From Harriotta raleighana (lineage: Eukaryota): 64,000 nt of DNA. Below, one piece after another: positions 25,888 through 39,691 of this stretch. Within the stretch, counting starts at the first letter, position 1; every line of letters begins with the position of its first letter. The position numbers were made by a program, and so were the translations under genes. The notes under the pieces were generated by a model, which saw nothing but the letters and a program-made list of their open reading frames with translations, was not told the DNA's origin and did not search any database. Location of the stretch: positions 8,683,677 to 8,747,676 of the forward strand of contig JBNZDD010013718.1 in NCBI GenBank assembly GCA_050575255.1, read 5' to 3'.

Positions 25888-28654
25888 CTGGGGAGCGGGC
25901 ACCAGTAGCGTACAAAATAAAGACAGCAAAAGGACAGTTACCAATAAATAAAATTATAAACGTGCAAATGCAATTGGTCAAAGAATCTCAGACATTAGAG
26001 GAAATAATAATATACCACAGATATAGAGCTAACAATAAAATTACATTTGGATAGCGCCTTTTTGGTCAGCTGGACGTCCCAAAAACATGTACTTTAATTG
26101 TATCCAACTAACACATTTCTTTTCCTGGCAAACTGTTCATATTTAAATATGGTTTGATAATTCAACCAATGAATGGCAGAGATTGAAATTGAAGCAGAAT
26201 TTCTAGGTGGAGGTGGCGTTGGACACAATGGCTCAGATACACAATCCTAGTAACTCAATTTTCCACAAATCATCTAAATAGTAAATCAATCTCAGCCAGG
26301 CGTACTGCAATTACCACACTGAAGGATCTTTTTTTAAAAATGCTTAAATAAAACCTGCATCACTTTGAGGTTTACATAATATTACTGCGATCGCCTGTGT
26401 TAGTATCCAGTTTTATGTGCTGATTGTTACTAGGTGTGGCGTAAACTCCACCATCAATGTAATGTCTAATGGATTTCAACTGTACAGCTTACGCAATATG
26501 AAGTTCCTCAACATTGATATGCCTCAAATTAAATGCCACAAGTTTATAGTAGCCCCCAAAAATCAAAGTGATCCGGAATCAATGCATTTCACAAATTCAA
26601 AGAGCGCTTTGAAACCATGGTAATAAAATATCATATACTGTAAAAAATAAGTTTGTTGATATCCAGTTGCTGTATCATCTTACCAGAGTAGACCGGCATG
26701 CACAAGAGCATTGAACATCTATACAACCTTGTTCTCATAGATTGTTGACTCCACATCATGTGATGAAGTAATCTTGAAACACATTTAGTGATCAAAGGGA
26801 AAAAAGCCTACTTCACTCGCCAACAAATGATACAAATCCAAGCAGTCTAACAACAACTGATGCCCCAAATTTAATCTAAATCTATCGTTTCCTTTGGATG
26901 AGAATCAACAGCCTAGGAAAGGAACGACAGAGTGCTAAAGAGCAGATCAAACGTGTTTTATGTAAAAAGAATTAGCATTGAAGCTGAAAGTAACCTCATT
27001 ATTCTCATTTGGATTTCTATTCTCAGAAGCATTTACACACTGGAGCAAAGCAAATGTCTGTAATCCTTATGCTCGCACTGATCAATCAATGAATTTGAAG
27101 TATTTTCGACTTGCAGGATATACAATGAATTCAGTGTAGCCCCAAAACCCAGGCAATTTGTATTGCGTGACACTTGCAAAATACGTCAGTTATGTAACAT
27201 AGCACAAATATGAGCTCAATATTATAGTCAAAGTTATTGTATACCCACTGTCCAAAACATGAAAATTGGGCTGCCCTAACTGATCAGTGAGTTTCAGCGC
27301 CACATACACCTGAAAGCTTGGATTGGTTCAATTCCGATTGACATAGTCAGAATGGCACTGGCAGGTAGTAGTATAACCCTTTTGTAAAAGGGGGGGGGGG
27401 TGGGGAAGTTTCCCATTCCTTATTGACATCCAGTGATCCATTCCTGGAACATGTGGCATATGAGAATGTATGTATGATCTCATTCACACACACGTACACA
27501 GGCTGAGGTTGACTAGGGTGGAATTATATGCTAAAATTTATTATTTGGGAGAGGAAGGGAGATTTTTAAAAAATACATATGGAAATCCTTCACTATATTT
27601 AAGAATATCAAACTAAACAGAGCTGGATACCTCCCACCTACACATGGAAATTCCAGAAATATTTAATGGAATGGAATGCAAACTCTCTGCTTGGAGGGAC
27701 GCACCCTGCTTATCTAATTCCGGAGAGTATTAATACCAAAATGAAATGGAAAAAGTGACCCACGACCCACCTAGGATCATGCACATAAGCTGAATATCAC
27801 CTTTTAGATTAAATATATTTGTGCAATAAAGATTTGAATCAATATTTCTGAACCAATTTCATTCAGAGATTAGTTCTGCTAAGTGTGTTCAAAGTATTTG
27901 CAGCCTCTTTGGTTTAATAAATGAAAGAGAACACAGGCAATGGCAAATTTGAGTGGATTACAATGTGTTACATTTCCATACTGAGGATCAGTGAAGAGGT
28001 TGATTTTGCTTGAAATGAGTAAGAATAACTTATACATGTTTGAAAATGAAAAGTTTCCCTTTCACTCGTCTCATCAATCGACTCCCCTCTCCAAATGTGT
28101 TCCAACATCTTTCAAGTTGTACAGGACTGCAGCTCCACATGGAAATTTTTCATGTGTGAGCCTAGACTTAACATTGGCAGAGTATTTGACTAACGCACTC
28201 AATAACATGGTGGATCATGCCTACACACAACTGTTTTTCTCGTCCTTTTGAAGATAAGGTCAACACAAAGGGATCAGCAGGAGGAACACTGGCTAATCTG
28301 CCATTCCCAAACCCAGGAGTTTTGAGGGCAACTTGATGCCGAACTGTCCTGATTTCACCCAATTTGGATGAGAAAATTATAGATATAAACCTAACACATT
28401 TTTTGTTTAAAATCCATGGTGTAAAATTAATTTTCATTGAACAGATGCAGTGAAAGATGCGCTGCCTGTATGCATCCCCTATGAACCAACAAGGTGATGC
28501 AAAGGAAGGAGGCAGTTAGAAATGTGTAATAAATGCTGCCGCACCAAGGTCAATCACGTCCCAAGAATGAGTGGAACTAAGTGTATTTTTGCTCAATTTT
28601 GTGTTTTGTTGGGAGAATCCTCTCCATAAATAGGGTTGTCCCTTTACTGTAATA

Positions 28655-29142
28655 TAGTAAAACTCATGTATGTCATATCAGTCAGGACCATAACTTTTAA
28701 TATGACTTGCTTGAAGTCCGAGGTGCAGGCATATTGTATAAATCATAGTTAATCTGATTTATCAATAATCTACAATGCACATCATAATTTAATACATCTT
28801 GTAAGGCGCACATTGTAGTTTGTCACTGCAGCTGGTAAATGCGCATGGGTCATTCAATGTGTCGTGACCAGTCGCCTTATGCCCACTTACTGGCAAGTAT
28901 TGGAATCGCATTGAATTGTGGAAAATGAAGTTCTTCTGCGCATGGATCATCGGATTAAGACTATTTCCCGTGATTCAATGCAGCCAAGGGAGTATGGAGG
29001 GTCGGTGAGCGCTGTTATGATTCATTTAAATACTGCAAAGAAAATAATGTGGTTTTGATAGGAAACTAAATGGGATTTGGCTGAATGTACTGCTTGGTCA
29101 TTTATACAATTTATAAAGATAAGACTTGTGCAGGTTTTACTG
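28655..29142. mobile_element. Old Tigger-like MITE
   Basis: TA|TAGTAAAACTCATGTA ... TGCAGGTTTTACTG|TA degenerate TIRs. Confidence 0.55.
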
Positions 29143-29769
29143 TATGACATTCTGAAGAATCTTTCTGTGATGACCTAATGCTTGATCTGATGACTAATGA
29201 TTTTCATTCTTTGCTATTTCTCCAGATTTCGCCAAGATATCTATGATTTGTTAAGTTGCAGATTGGTTCAACCTACAGGTACAGTCCAATAAGACCAACC
29301 AGTTTATTGGATGGAAACATGAAATCATTAAATTATTGAGAGATAGACAGTTATCTGAAGATTAAAACAAGATAATAAAGTGAATCAGGAGCTGCGAATG
29401 GCCGCCAGTTTGAATTTCAATCAGCGAAATGATTTGGCTGTGCATTAGTCATTCTGTACTGATGGGAAGCTCATAGAAAGGAAATGTCATAATGAAGTGA
29501 AAAGGATTAAAAATGTGCCAAATTACAAAAGTATCATTTGATTCTATTAAAGCTTTTTTGCTGTGGAAGTACTGAAATACAACCTGCAATAATAACAAAG
29601 GTATCAGATCTGTTAAGGGTGGTGGTGGGGGAAATCAAGAAAAGACAAAGATTGAAGTGGACATTTAAAAGATTTTTAAAAGGCGAGTGCATATTTAAAG
29701 ATTAAGAAACATGCAAAAAAGATCAAAAAGTTAAGATTGTAAAGGATAATTGAAAAGAAGCAAACATAC

Positions 29770-29832
29770 CATTAGTCGGATGCTTTGCAAACGAGACAGA
29801 AAATCTTTTAACGGCTGGCATAGATAACATTT
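29770..29832 (-). CDS. PPIP5K1: PPIP5K1 exon, 63 nt: EMLSMPAVKRFSVSFAKHPTN
   Basis: cctcag|AA...G|gtatgt; phase 1-1; conserved AVKRFSVSFAKHPTNG. Confidence 0.92.
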
Positions 29833-31884
29833 CTGAGGAAACAAAAATGACTGAAGTTAAAACTAACATTGAAGTACTGCAATGCAAGTCTTTCAAACAT
29901 AGAGCTGCCCATGTTACACAAATGGATTTTAAAATGCAAACCATTTCTTTCCTCTCAAGGCCTCTCACTTCAATGTAGTCCTCACTCTGCTTCAGTTGTG
30001 ATGCCTGGGCAGATGAGTGAGAAGACAGCTACTGTGATTGATGCTGTCCAGAGTTTAGCTGCCAGAGGGCATATCCATCACGTACGAGCAGACAACTCAT
30101 CTTTCTAAACATCCATCCAGCCGCCCACCTTCCCATCCCACTGCAATGCAACTGCAACCCAGCATAATGCCATTTCTTTTGGACCACCAACATAGAAGAG
30201 ATGAATGTTATCAGGCCGAGAGAATTTAAGTGCGACTCCAGGACTTGCACCTTGAACTGCACAACTTACTACAATCTGCAGCCAGAGGAAAATGCGCATG
30301 AGATAGTTAAGCCATTATATTCCCCCTTCAATACAGTGTTGACGTTTTGGTATGTTGCAGCCAAATTGAGTGCTATCAAAATACAGTGCACCAATAAGTG
30401 CCACATTAGAAGTTAGGGGTCTTGCAACGACCAAACAGTGTCTGGATGTGACTGGACTGTTGTAGTTGATAGAAAAATAGGATTCCCAAAGGAGCAAGTG
30501 ATTTAGGTGACACCATGCCATGGGTCACCAAAGTATCTTGTTCAAAGCAATTCTATATCTGGTGATCTTTCAATCCATAGTGGTGCCTATCATTTCGGAA
30601 TTTCACCACCAGTTCTGCATTCACCATTCCATTCTCCAGACTCCTTGGTATATTTTGTGAATGAATCAGGGAGCGCGCTGGCAATTCAACTACAGATTGC
30701 CAAACGGGAAGGAGGACAGGTTTCACTGATGTCTATAATGGTCACTACGATAGTACAGCTTCCCGAACTAGCGCAGGAACAAGGAACAGAAAACCTTCTG
30801 TACTGGAATGTCTAATACTTGCAGTGAAACAGATTTGAAGGGCACTCCACTGTAACATGCATATTTGTCCTACAGGTAATGTAATTCCTGGGTAAATTAC
30901 CACAATCTAAAATCACCAATAAAAAAAACATGTTGCACACCAATAAAGCCTAAACTACCAAGTGAGCATCTACAACTATATTTTTCATCTATGAGCTAGC
31001 AGCTTTACACTATACTTCAATTGCTCTAGTCCTGGAAATGCACAAATCAGCATCTTAAAGGAACAAGATGAGCTAGTACTGCATGTCTTGTCCTTTTTTA
31101 CACTGTTACAAGGATCACACCCAATGTACTAACCCATCTTTCCCAAAACGGGCATGCTGGATATCTACAGCAGCTCAATAAGCATCTTTTCATTTTCTAT
31201 CTATAGGTTGAGAAAATCCATACAAAGAAAAGCTATAAATGTATACTCACAAAATTCTAGTCTAGGCCGGAAAATTCTTTTTCAATCAGCTTCCAGTTCC
31301 CTATTCCACAATGAGACTGGATTATAGCCATTATTAGAACACGGGTCACTCAGATGCACTTTCAAATTCAACTTGCATTCTTAGAGGGGATCTTAAACTG
31401 CAAAATCCTGTTGGGGATTAGTGTCATTTGGACGGTCAATCAAAATATTTCAAATATATATCCATTGACATTCACATTTTGCTATTTATTGTGTCAGATG
31501 AATTGCTTTGAAGCGAGTCTATGCAATGCTGGAGTTTAAATCCATTTGAATTAATCCTCATTTCTCCGGGAACACAGGTCTCACCTCTCTCTGCTGCAAA
31601 TCCTTTGAAACATTGTTCGATATTTGGTGTGTAGCCTTACTTGAACTTGAAGAAAAGCAAATTAGAAATAGAAATAAAACATGTTTGTAAAATTGGAACA
31701 GTGAAACTACAATTTAATCCAAGTGACTACTAGAAAGTGTTAAAACAGGCAATAGGTTCAGAGCTATAGTGAGAACACACCATAACTTGTACCTTTTTGG
31801 ATTGCTTATTGCCTTTCAGTTTTTGCTGGGAGAACTTGATCTAAGGCAACAAGTTTTCCCAGGTTATTCTCTCTTCGAATACAC

Positions 31885-32210
31885 TGGCATCTGGTTTGGT
31901 GTGGCAAACAGCACTCTCACATCTGGGTCAGATGGTTGTGGTTCAGGCCCACATTGAGATTTGAGCTCACCATTTAGACAGAGAGCGAGATTCCAGTACT
32001 AGTGAAGCATTGCATTCTTGGAGGTGTTGTCCTTCTGATGAGATTTTTCTCCTGGTGTCCTGACTGACAATTGTTCAAATTATTCTTTTTAACTTGTGGA
32101 TGTTTGTGGAACCCTCCTGTGTGCAAACTGGCTGCAGCATTTTGCCTAAAGGTTACTGAGCTTGACAGTAATTAATTTGACTTGATAAGGCATTATAAAA
32201 AAAACAAGTC
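31885..32210 (+). mobile_element. Ancient Deu-type SINE
   Basis: Degenerate tRNA head (GGTTCAGGCCC), GGAGGTGTTGTCCTTCTGATGAG core and CTGTGTGCAAACTGGCTGC body; similar old copies at 1-105, 8040-8350, 53660-53905 and 56880-57240. Confidence 0.6.
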
Positions 32211-34495
32211 CTATCTAACCCAGGCAAAGTTGGATAATGTTGCAGTTACTACTGTGCTGTGAGGTTCAGACATGGGCTACAACCTATAACATATTAAGGT
32301 CATGAGCATGTTTTAACCAACTGTAAAACAGAACAGAAGCCACATATTTTCAGATCCTAGTGTTAAACAACCATTACGTTTCACATTAAACTTTTCTTCT
32401 CTTACTGTTGTCAAAGGCTGGCAAAATAATAGTCAATCCTTCCCCTCTCACACACTTGCTTGTCTCAGAAATCAGCTGCAAGAATAGGTAAACAAGTCAC
32501 ATATCATTGGCCTTTATGTCCAAAACTTCATCTCATTCAAAGCAGTAGGAGGAAGGGGAAATGCAATATAAATAAATCCTTTTCTACAAAACCATAATTT
32601 GCTTAAAAATCAGTCAATCAATCAAGCTGTTACGGACCCTAGTACAGTCTTTTCAAACCTCAGTTACTTCACTAGCCTTGTGACAAGGGCTTCTCAAAAT
32701 CAGCTATCATGTACAAAGTGTCGACCTTTTAAATAAAACAGTATTAGTCACAAACGCTTTTCAGAAAAAGCCAGGCACAACCTGACCAAAACCCAAAATA
32801 CAGATCCCCATTATTTGTTGTCTATTCTACTGCTCTCAGTTTGACCAATATAAACTCAAATCCTAAAATATAGCTTTTTGCTCAGTTAACAAAAGCAATG
32901 GGAAAATCGTATGATAACAGTTGTGCACAAAATAAAACTATTACAATTTCACTAGAACATATCTGGGGTCATATATTAGGCAGAAACTAATGCAGGCTCG
33001 GATACAGCACCACACTTTGTATGAATGAAAACTCAAAAGTAATATCCTGTGTCAGAATAGTAGAATACATCCAGACCACCAGACATCAGTATGCCAGACA
33101 CAGCCACAGTGTTCTCTCCATTGAAATTAATGCTAAATACAGTATTTTCCTGCGACACACTTTCATGTGTGCTTACATTAAATTCATGGGGAGTCAAGAT
33201 GGCAGGTAAATGATGCTTTCCGTAGGGACAAGTGCAACTCTAATGTACAGAACAAAGTGAGCCAACATAAAGCACGTGAGTGAGTGATTAATATTGAACC
33301 TGTCAGTGTTATCATTTAGATCCCTGCATAACACATAATGCCAGATTGTTAATTTAACACAATCAAATGTATTGAAACCACAGCATAGGAAACCAATTTT
33401 CCAGCAGTCTGTCTGTGATCAAGAGGGAAAAAGTAACCTTCCAAGTGTTGTAGGGAACAACCACTCTTGCTTATTTTTAATTTAATTCTTAAAAGCTGCA
33501 ACTACTTTGCCAAAGTCTGCAAATAGTTCAAGTTTTTCAAATAAACTGCACATAAAATTATGCAACTCTCTCCAACTTTTCCCCCCGAACACCACAGGGG
33601 CAAAGGTTTGCCACATTTTAATAGTTAATAAATTGATTCTCGAAGAGTTTTTAAAGAAAAAAGCAGCAAAAAATTAATCACGTAAAACATTTTAGAAATG
33701 AGCTAAATAATAGGATGAGATGATCATAAAGCCACAACCTCAACATAATGTAGAATAGGTAGATGTACTTACTAATGTGCCATCTATTCAATCAAGCATT
33801 ACAATACTATGGCAGTGCTTCTGTCATGAAATGAGATGGGTTTGAATGAGTTTTTAACCATTCCACTGCAGTAAACATTTTGCAAAGATTGTGGTTCTGG
33901 TATGAATAGCAATGAGTCACCCCGAAGCAATTAATCATTAAACAGTGAACCTAATTATTATGCAACTGTGGTAGATACAAGGCACTGAATTTTTCCACAC
34001 AAAATTATGAAACATAATTCACCATATTATCCAGATAAACAGTTCATATAACACCTTATCTTTGTTGTATGTTTTTCAAAAGACAATTTATTTATCTGTG
34101 AGGTTCTCATTGACCTGCTCCTCTGTAACACAATTACTCTCAGGTCTAGGATATCTTACACATATAATAGCTAACAGGAATGATGAGGTACGTGTGAAGG
34201 TCATAATACCTCAGGAGTTTGCATATTTGTAAAGAGTTGTATAGGTTACTTCTAAGTACACTGTATCTACTTTACAATAGGTGTTATAAGCGCTATATAG
34301 GGGTTAATGATTTAAAAATAAAAGGCAGTCCAGAATGGAAAGAGCATATTTTTTATACTGCAACACTTTAATCTCCTCATAATTGTATGTTTCTACTGAA
34401 AAATACCAATCTGATGGTAAGGCCAGAGGTGACCCAGGCTAATTGCTTGAAGTAATGAGGACTCAGCAACTGAAGAACAATTCCAAGGAACCTAC

Positions 34496-34624
34496 CATCT
34501 TTCTGGGAAAAATAGCTGGAACCACTCAGCTTTTTGCGATGAGAACGGGCGTAGTCCTGGAGGTTAGGGGCACTTGATGACCCACCAAGTACTGTAGTAC
34601 TGAACAAACCAGCACACTGGGAAC
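34496..34624 (-). CDS. PPIP5K1: PPIP5K1 exon, 129 nt: [43 protein letters not shown]
   Basis: gcacag|GT...G|gtaggt; phase 1-1. Confidence 0.93.
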
Positions 34625-37600
34625 CTGTGCATGAGAGGGTTAGGTATTAGGATTAAAAAGTGGCTTAGTAACAACTCCTCATGCTGCATGCATTTATAAC
34701 TGCAATTATTATATGCATGGCACTTAGAGATATCTTGAAGGGGAAAACATCTGGAAATATTGCAGATTTAATATCTGGAGTCAGGGTTCCTGCTAGGATT
34801 TTAAAATATCCTCCAGGATTTACAGGAATCTAAAACTGCAAGTCCCTTTGTCTGGGATCTAGCCCAATCAAATATTTTAAATGTTTTGCACTGTATGAAG
34901 TGAATTTAGTTACATTATGGATTGATTTTGAGGATATATTAATATAGGCTTTTCCACTATGGCAGCTCTCTCTTATCTGAATTCTGTCCTCTGCCTCCCC
35001 CTACCTGATGCTCCAAATGTTTTCTCCTTTGAAAATGGAAATATGATGCACTACATTGCCTGCAGATTACATTTTAATTTAATGCAAACCCTATCTAAAA
35101 GAGAAAGTTAGTCCTCCAAAGACTGCAGTTAAATTTAAAGCAGACAATCACATTGTAATTGACACCCATGTCATCAGAAATTCAAAGAAAGATTAAATGT
35201 TATAATAATAATCTTTTTGCATTTGATATGGCACTTTTAACGTCTGGAAAATAATGTTTCACATTCTACATTCTCAATTCTGCATTACAGTGCTCTGGAC
35301 TAAAAGTTCAACAAAAACAGTTCTATGGGTTACAAAATATAAATCTTCGTCAGTTTCATACTTAACAACAACTTACATTTGTATAGTGCCTTTTCTGTCA
35401 GGAAGATGTTTGACTTTCATTCCATTAAGATAAACCAATATCAAGCCCCCAAAAATCTAAATTCTGGCCAGTACCATCTTGACTTTCAGCTATATTTTTC
35501 GATTTAATTCAAGGAACCAAATTTAATCTAATCAGATTGGAATAATGATATGATAGCAATACATGTGCCACAAAATACAATGTGCCTTCGGGAACTGCTA
35601 TAGGATATGCAGTCCGGAATGGAAAAAGTATTTTTTATACTTCAACACTTTAATCTCCTCACAAAACAGTAGTATGTTTCTACTGAAAAATACCAATCTG
35701 ATGGAAAGGTATCTCATTAGAATTTTCCCCTCTGCCCTATTTAGAGATTTCCAAACGTCACTACAAACATACTGCTGTAGTTTCGGTCTCAAAACCAAGA
35801 TACTTCTTGAATAAAATATTCTCTTAAATAAAAAACATTAAGAGATCAAGCACGAGTCAATATCAATAACACAAATTCATTCATCCCTTGAAAGCTTTAC
35901 ATTTCACTCTACTTTACAGAGTTCACACGAGGAATGAGATCATCAGTTAGTTCAAGGCACCCTGTACTATGTCACTGTTCAATTTTTTTTTACCACATAA
36001 AAGCAGAACTAAGTATTTTCTACTCATTTCAAAAAGCCAGCGTAAGCTAATGAATATTTAGTTATAAGTAAAAGATAGCCAAGCTGTATTAGCGTTTAAT
36101 AAGCAGAAGCTTCCAGCCATTTCAGCCAAAATGGATTCAATAGGAATTCTCCTGTGGGTTTACTTGAAGCCTTTGCACCATTTAGCATTTCTACATTTAA
36201 CCAAAGCAAACACTGCTCCAATGACCTATTTACCTAAACGTCAATCAGTGGGGAAGAACACTTATTTTGCTCTCAGTGACTGTATTGATGATTCTAGTTT
36301 CCATCTGTCAGATATGTTTTTCCCTCTCTCCACAAGTGAAAGAATATCAGAAATCTATACAATGCAGATTAGGTAAAATTTAAAAAAACTGATTTATGAG
36401 TAACTTAATTAAATGCATTTTTTTTAAAAAACGGANTTTCCCTCTCTCCACAAGTGAAAGAATATCAGAAATCTATACAATGCAGAGATTAGGTAAAATT
36501 AAAAAAAACGGATTTATGAGTAACTTAATTAAATGCATTTTTTTTAAAAAACGGACTCATCAAAAGAACACACTGATTGCTTCAAATGGTGATTTATTTC
36601 ACTGACTAAATTTAGAGAATAAATTAAAAACACTTATTTTGTGGAAAAAAAAGTTACCTTTTTTTTAAAGGGATAAATTAGATGCCAGTGTACAAAAAAA
36701 AGGTTTAAAATGATCTTTGGTCGGATGTATGTTGGATGCATCCTGTAATGCTCTGGTTAGAAAGAACCAAGGCTTGGAGGCCAGAATATATGTCGGGGTC
36801 TTGCTGGAGTCTAACCAGCTAAAACAGCACAGCTTGCCATCGAGTTTGTCCAAAGATCACACTGCCTGTTTGGGCTTTGGTTGCAGGGTTAACGGGAGCT
36901 GATTGCGAGACCCTGCCCACTGACTAGTCTGCACTTCCAAGACCTGTGGATGAGTCAGCCTGGCTGTGTAGTCATCAGCAGTGCCCTAGAGTACTGCGCA
37001 CCTGCCTGGTTCAGGAACAAGACGATCAAGACTGCCACAGAGGGTTGGCTCGATTCTGATATTCTGCTGTCAAACATGTCACCTTAGAGGCAGTTCAACT
37101 CCCAGGAGAATCTGTCTACGTCCCACCCACCCCCACCTCAAAAAAATGAGGATAGTAATTACTGGATAGTTATGGAATGATAATCTCAACAGGTTTTGAA
37201 GAGGTGTAAAATGAAGAGATGGGGAGAGGAGGGGAAGGAAACACCCAACGAAATCTTGAAATAAGATTTTATAATTTCAATGAGAAAGATTGGCAAAATT
37301 TGAAGAAAATCACTTTCGATTTCACTTTCGGAAAAAGAACCATGAACGATATACCAGACAATTCGAACAGACAGCTGCAAAGATCCAAAACAGAAATAGG
37401 CATTTTGTTTAGAATCTCATGCTAGTCTTGCATTCTCTATCCATTTCCCCTGAAGGCTCCTGATTAAAGGGAAAAAAAATGCCAAAGAGGTGATGCTGTT
37501 GAATCTAAACATAACCAGCATTTCATGTCAATGAATGCCTGCACTGTGCAATCAACATAACACAGGGAGCCAGAGTTAATGAGATTCTGGGGTGAATCCA

Positions 37601-38084
37601 TAAAAACAAGAGTATAATTTGGGAATCAAATGTCACTCAAATAAGATTTTAATAATATCCTCCTGAATGCAAACAATTAACTATTAATAAGTCTCAGTAA
37701 GAAATTAAATTACAGTTTGAAAGTGCCGATTGCTCAATCCTCCAACATCACAGCATTAGACTGCGCAGGTATGAATCTCCTTCTGTGGCATCAGGAATAT
37801 TGTGTACTGCATGAGCATTGATTTATAATGCGTATGTGGTAGGAGGAAAAAATAATCACTGCGGAACCAAACCAAATCTGCAGTATATATGACCATTAAA
37901 CATGGTGCAATATTTTTTCTATACAGTAGCATTTAAATTGGAATAAATCTTTGCAAATTTCTGTACTGCGCAGCTCAGTTTTGAACAGTGCATTCCATGG
38001 AAAGGGAATTGGAGGCAGAAGCGGTGATGCTGCCCAACACAATACCTTTCCTGTCTAATTGTCTACCTTTGCTTTCTACATCCT

Positions 38085-38672
38085 TCTCTTTCATACCTTC
38101 ACCACATCCAGGCTCGACTACCCAACGCCCTGCTTGTCAGCTTTCCCAACTCTTCCCTCCGTAGGCTGTGGATCATCCAGAACTCTGTAGCCCGTGTCCT
38201 CTACCGCTCTAAGCTCCGTGCCCCATCTCCCCCATTTTCACCTGAATTCATTGGCTCCCCATCACCCAGAATAGTCAATTCAATATCCTGATATTCAAAT
38301 CCCTCCATGGCCTCACCCCACCCTACCTCTGTGACCTCCTACCAACACCCCCATTCCCTCCACTCAGCGGCTCAAGCCTGCTCCATATCCCGGACCCACC
38401 ATCGGCGGGCGAACCTTCAGCCACTCTACCCCTATTCTCTGGAATTCCAACTGCAATCCGTTCGCCTCACCCCCTCCCTAGCCTCCTTCAAGTCCCGCCT
38501 CAAGGCCTTCCTCTTCAACGTTCCCATCGGTCTCCCCAAATCCTCTCCTTTCCCTCCATCTATCCCAATGCCAACCCCAGCTGAGGTCTGAAACATTGAC
38601 TGTCCAGCGCCTTGGGACAACCTCCCGACATGAAAGGCACCATATAAATGTAATTTTGTTGTTATTTTTGTT
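38085..38672 (+). mobile_element. Degenerate L2-clade LINE 3' fragment
   Basis: SRLDY..NAL, LHWLP and LASFKSRLKAFLF-like remnants with frameshifts; ends CCTCCCGACATGAAAGGCACCATATAAATGTAATTTTGTTGTT. Confidence 0.85.
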
Positions 38673-39199
38673 GATGTTTGCTTTCTATATCTGTCTCTTT
38701 CTAGGTGACGGGGATGGCCGACAATGAAAACACATATGGTGGCTCTTAAGTAGTCATAGCAACTTAAAATAAAATAATAGCATTAAGAGAGAAGGAGACA
38801 GGCAGATGGTACAGCACTGGTCAGTGTAGGGAAGCAACATTCCAAAAATAGAATAGCGATTTAGTGGGAAAACAGCAGCCAGCGATAGTTCTCAGAATTC
38901 AGAAATAAATGTTGCCTTTAGCATGCACTGGAAAAATAAACCAGGAGACAAAATAAGTAAATCAGTGATTCAAGCCTGATTTGAGTATTGAGTGATCCTG
39001 ATCCTGGTATTTAAGAGAGCTGGATAGATGTCAAGGTATAGCACTGGGTCTCCTTTGTTGCAGCATTTAACGCTGGATATGTTTATGCTTAACGGAACAC
39101 AACAAGTTAGTGTTAAAGGTCAGAATTTGTGCACACACAGGGGAATCATTGGCCATATGTGGAAGGGGCTGTGATTCTGTGGTAACTGAAGTCCCTTAC

Positions 39200-39293
39200 C
39201 CAAACCACTTTGTTTCATCTCAGTGGATTGTCTGGAATATGGAGGCGCCAGTAGACGACATCCACCAGGTTTGGATGAATTTTCAGATAGTAA
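39200..39293 (-). CDS. PPIP5K1: PPIP5K1 exon, 94 nt: LLSENSSKPGGCRLLAPPYSRQSTEMKQSGL
   Basis: ttgcag|TTA...G|gtaagg; phase 0-1. Confidence 0.92.
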
Positions 39294-39532
39294 CTGCAAA
39301 GACAAAATGTTTCACTTGAATGAAGTCAGTCAGGTCCCAGGCATCAGTAATAGTTTACAAAACCATTTATTCCTTGCCCCACCCACCAACAAAAAAACCT
39401 TTTCTAATACAACATCTAAGCTAGCTTTCTCACCTCCATTCACCCAGCAGTAAATAGGAACCCAGTTGTAAATCAATTGGCAGATCACTTTCCCGGGGAT
39501 AATAATCTATTCATGACAATAAAAATTATGAT

Positions 39533-39691
39533 CTGGTCATCAATTCACGACTGTTTGTGGGACACTGCTGTGTGCAATTGACTGCCCACAAAATATATCA
39601 TCAATTCATTTTATAGTATTTTCTGTGAAGCGCTTTGAGATGTCTCGAAGACATGATAAGGTGCTAGAACAAATGCAAGGAGTATTATTAT
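39533..39691 (+). mobile_element. SINE 3' half
   Basis: Matches 1913-2075; similar fragments at 452-580, 9990-10260, 17281-17385, 19888-20025, 51435-51550, 59300-59425 and 63600-63740. Confidence 0.8.

Noticed and set aside
31251-31300. Exon ending at TTTT|gtgagt
   Set aside because: Poor acceptor context and an in-frame TAG.
36317-36555. About 120-bp tandem duplication
   Set aside because: The copies are separated by a single N (36436) and differ by small variants, as expected for an unmerged contig or haplotype overlap.
36657-37070. GC-richer intronic block as an extra PPIP5K1 exon
   Set aside because: Every acceptor/frame combination I tried hit a stop or lacked a compatible donor. It could be regulatory, but I have no support for that.
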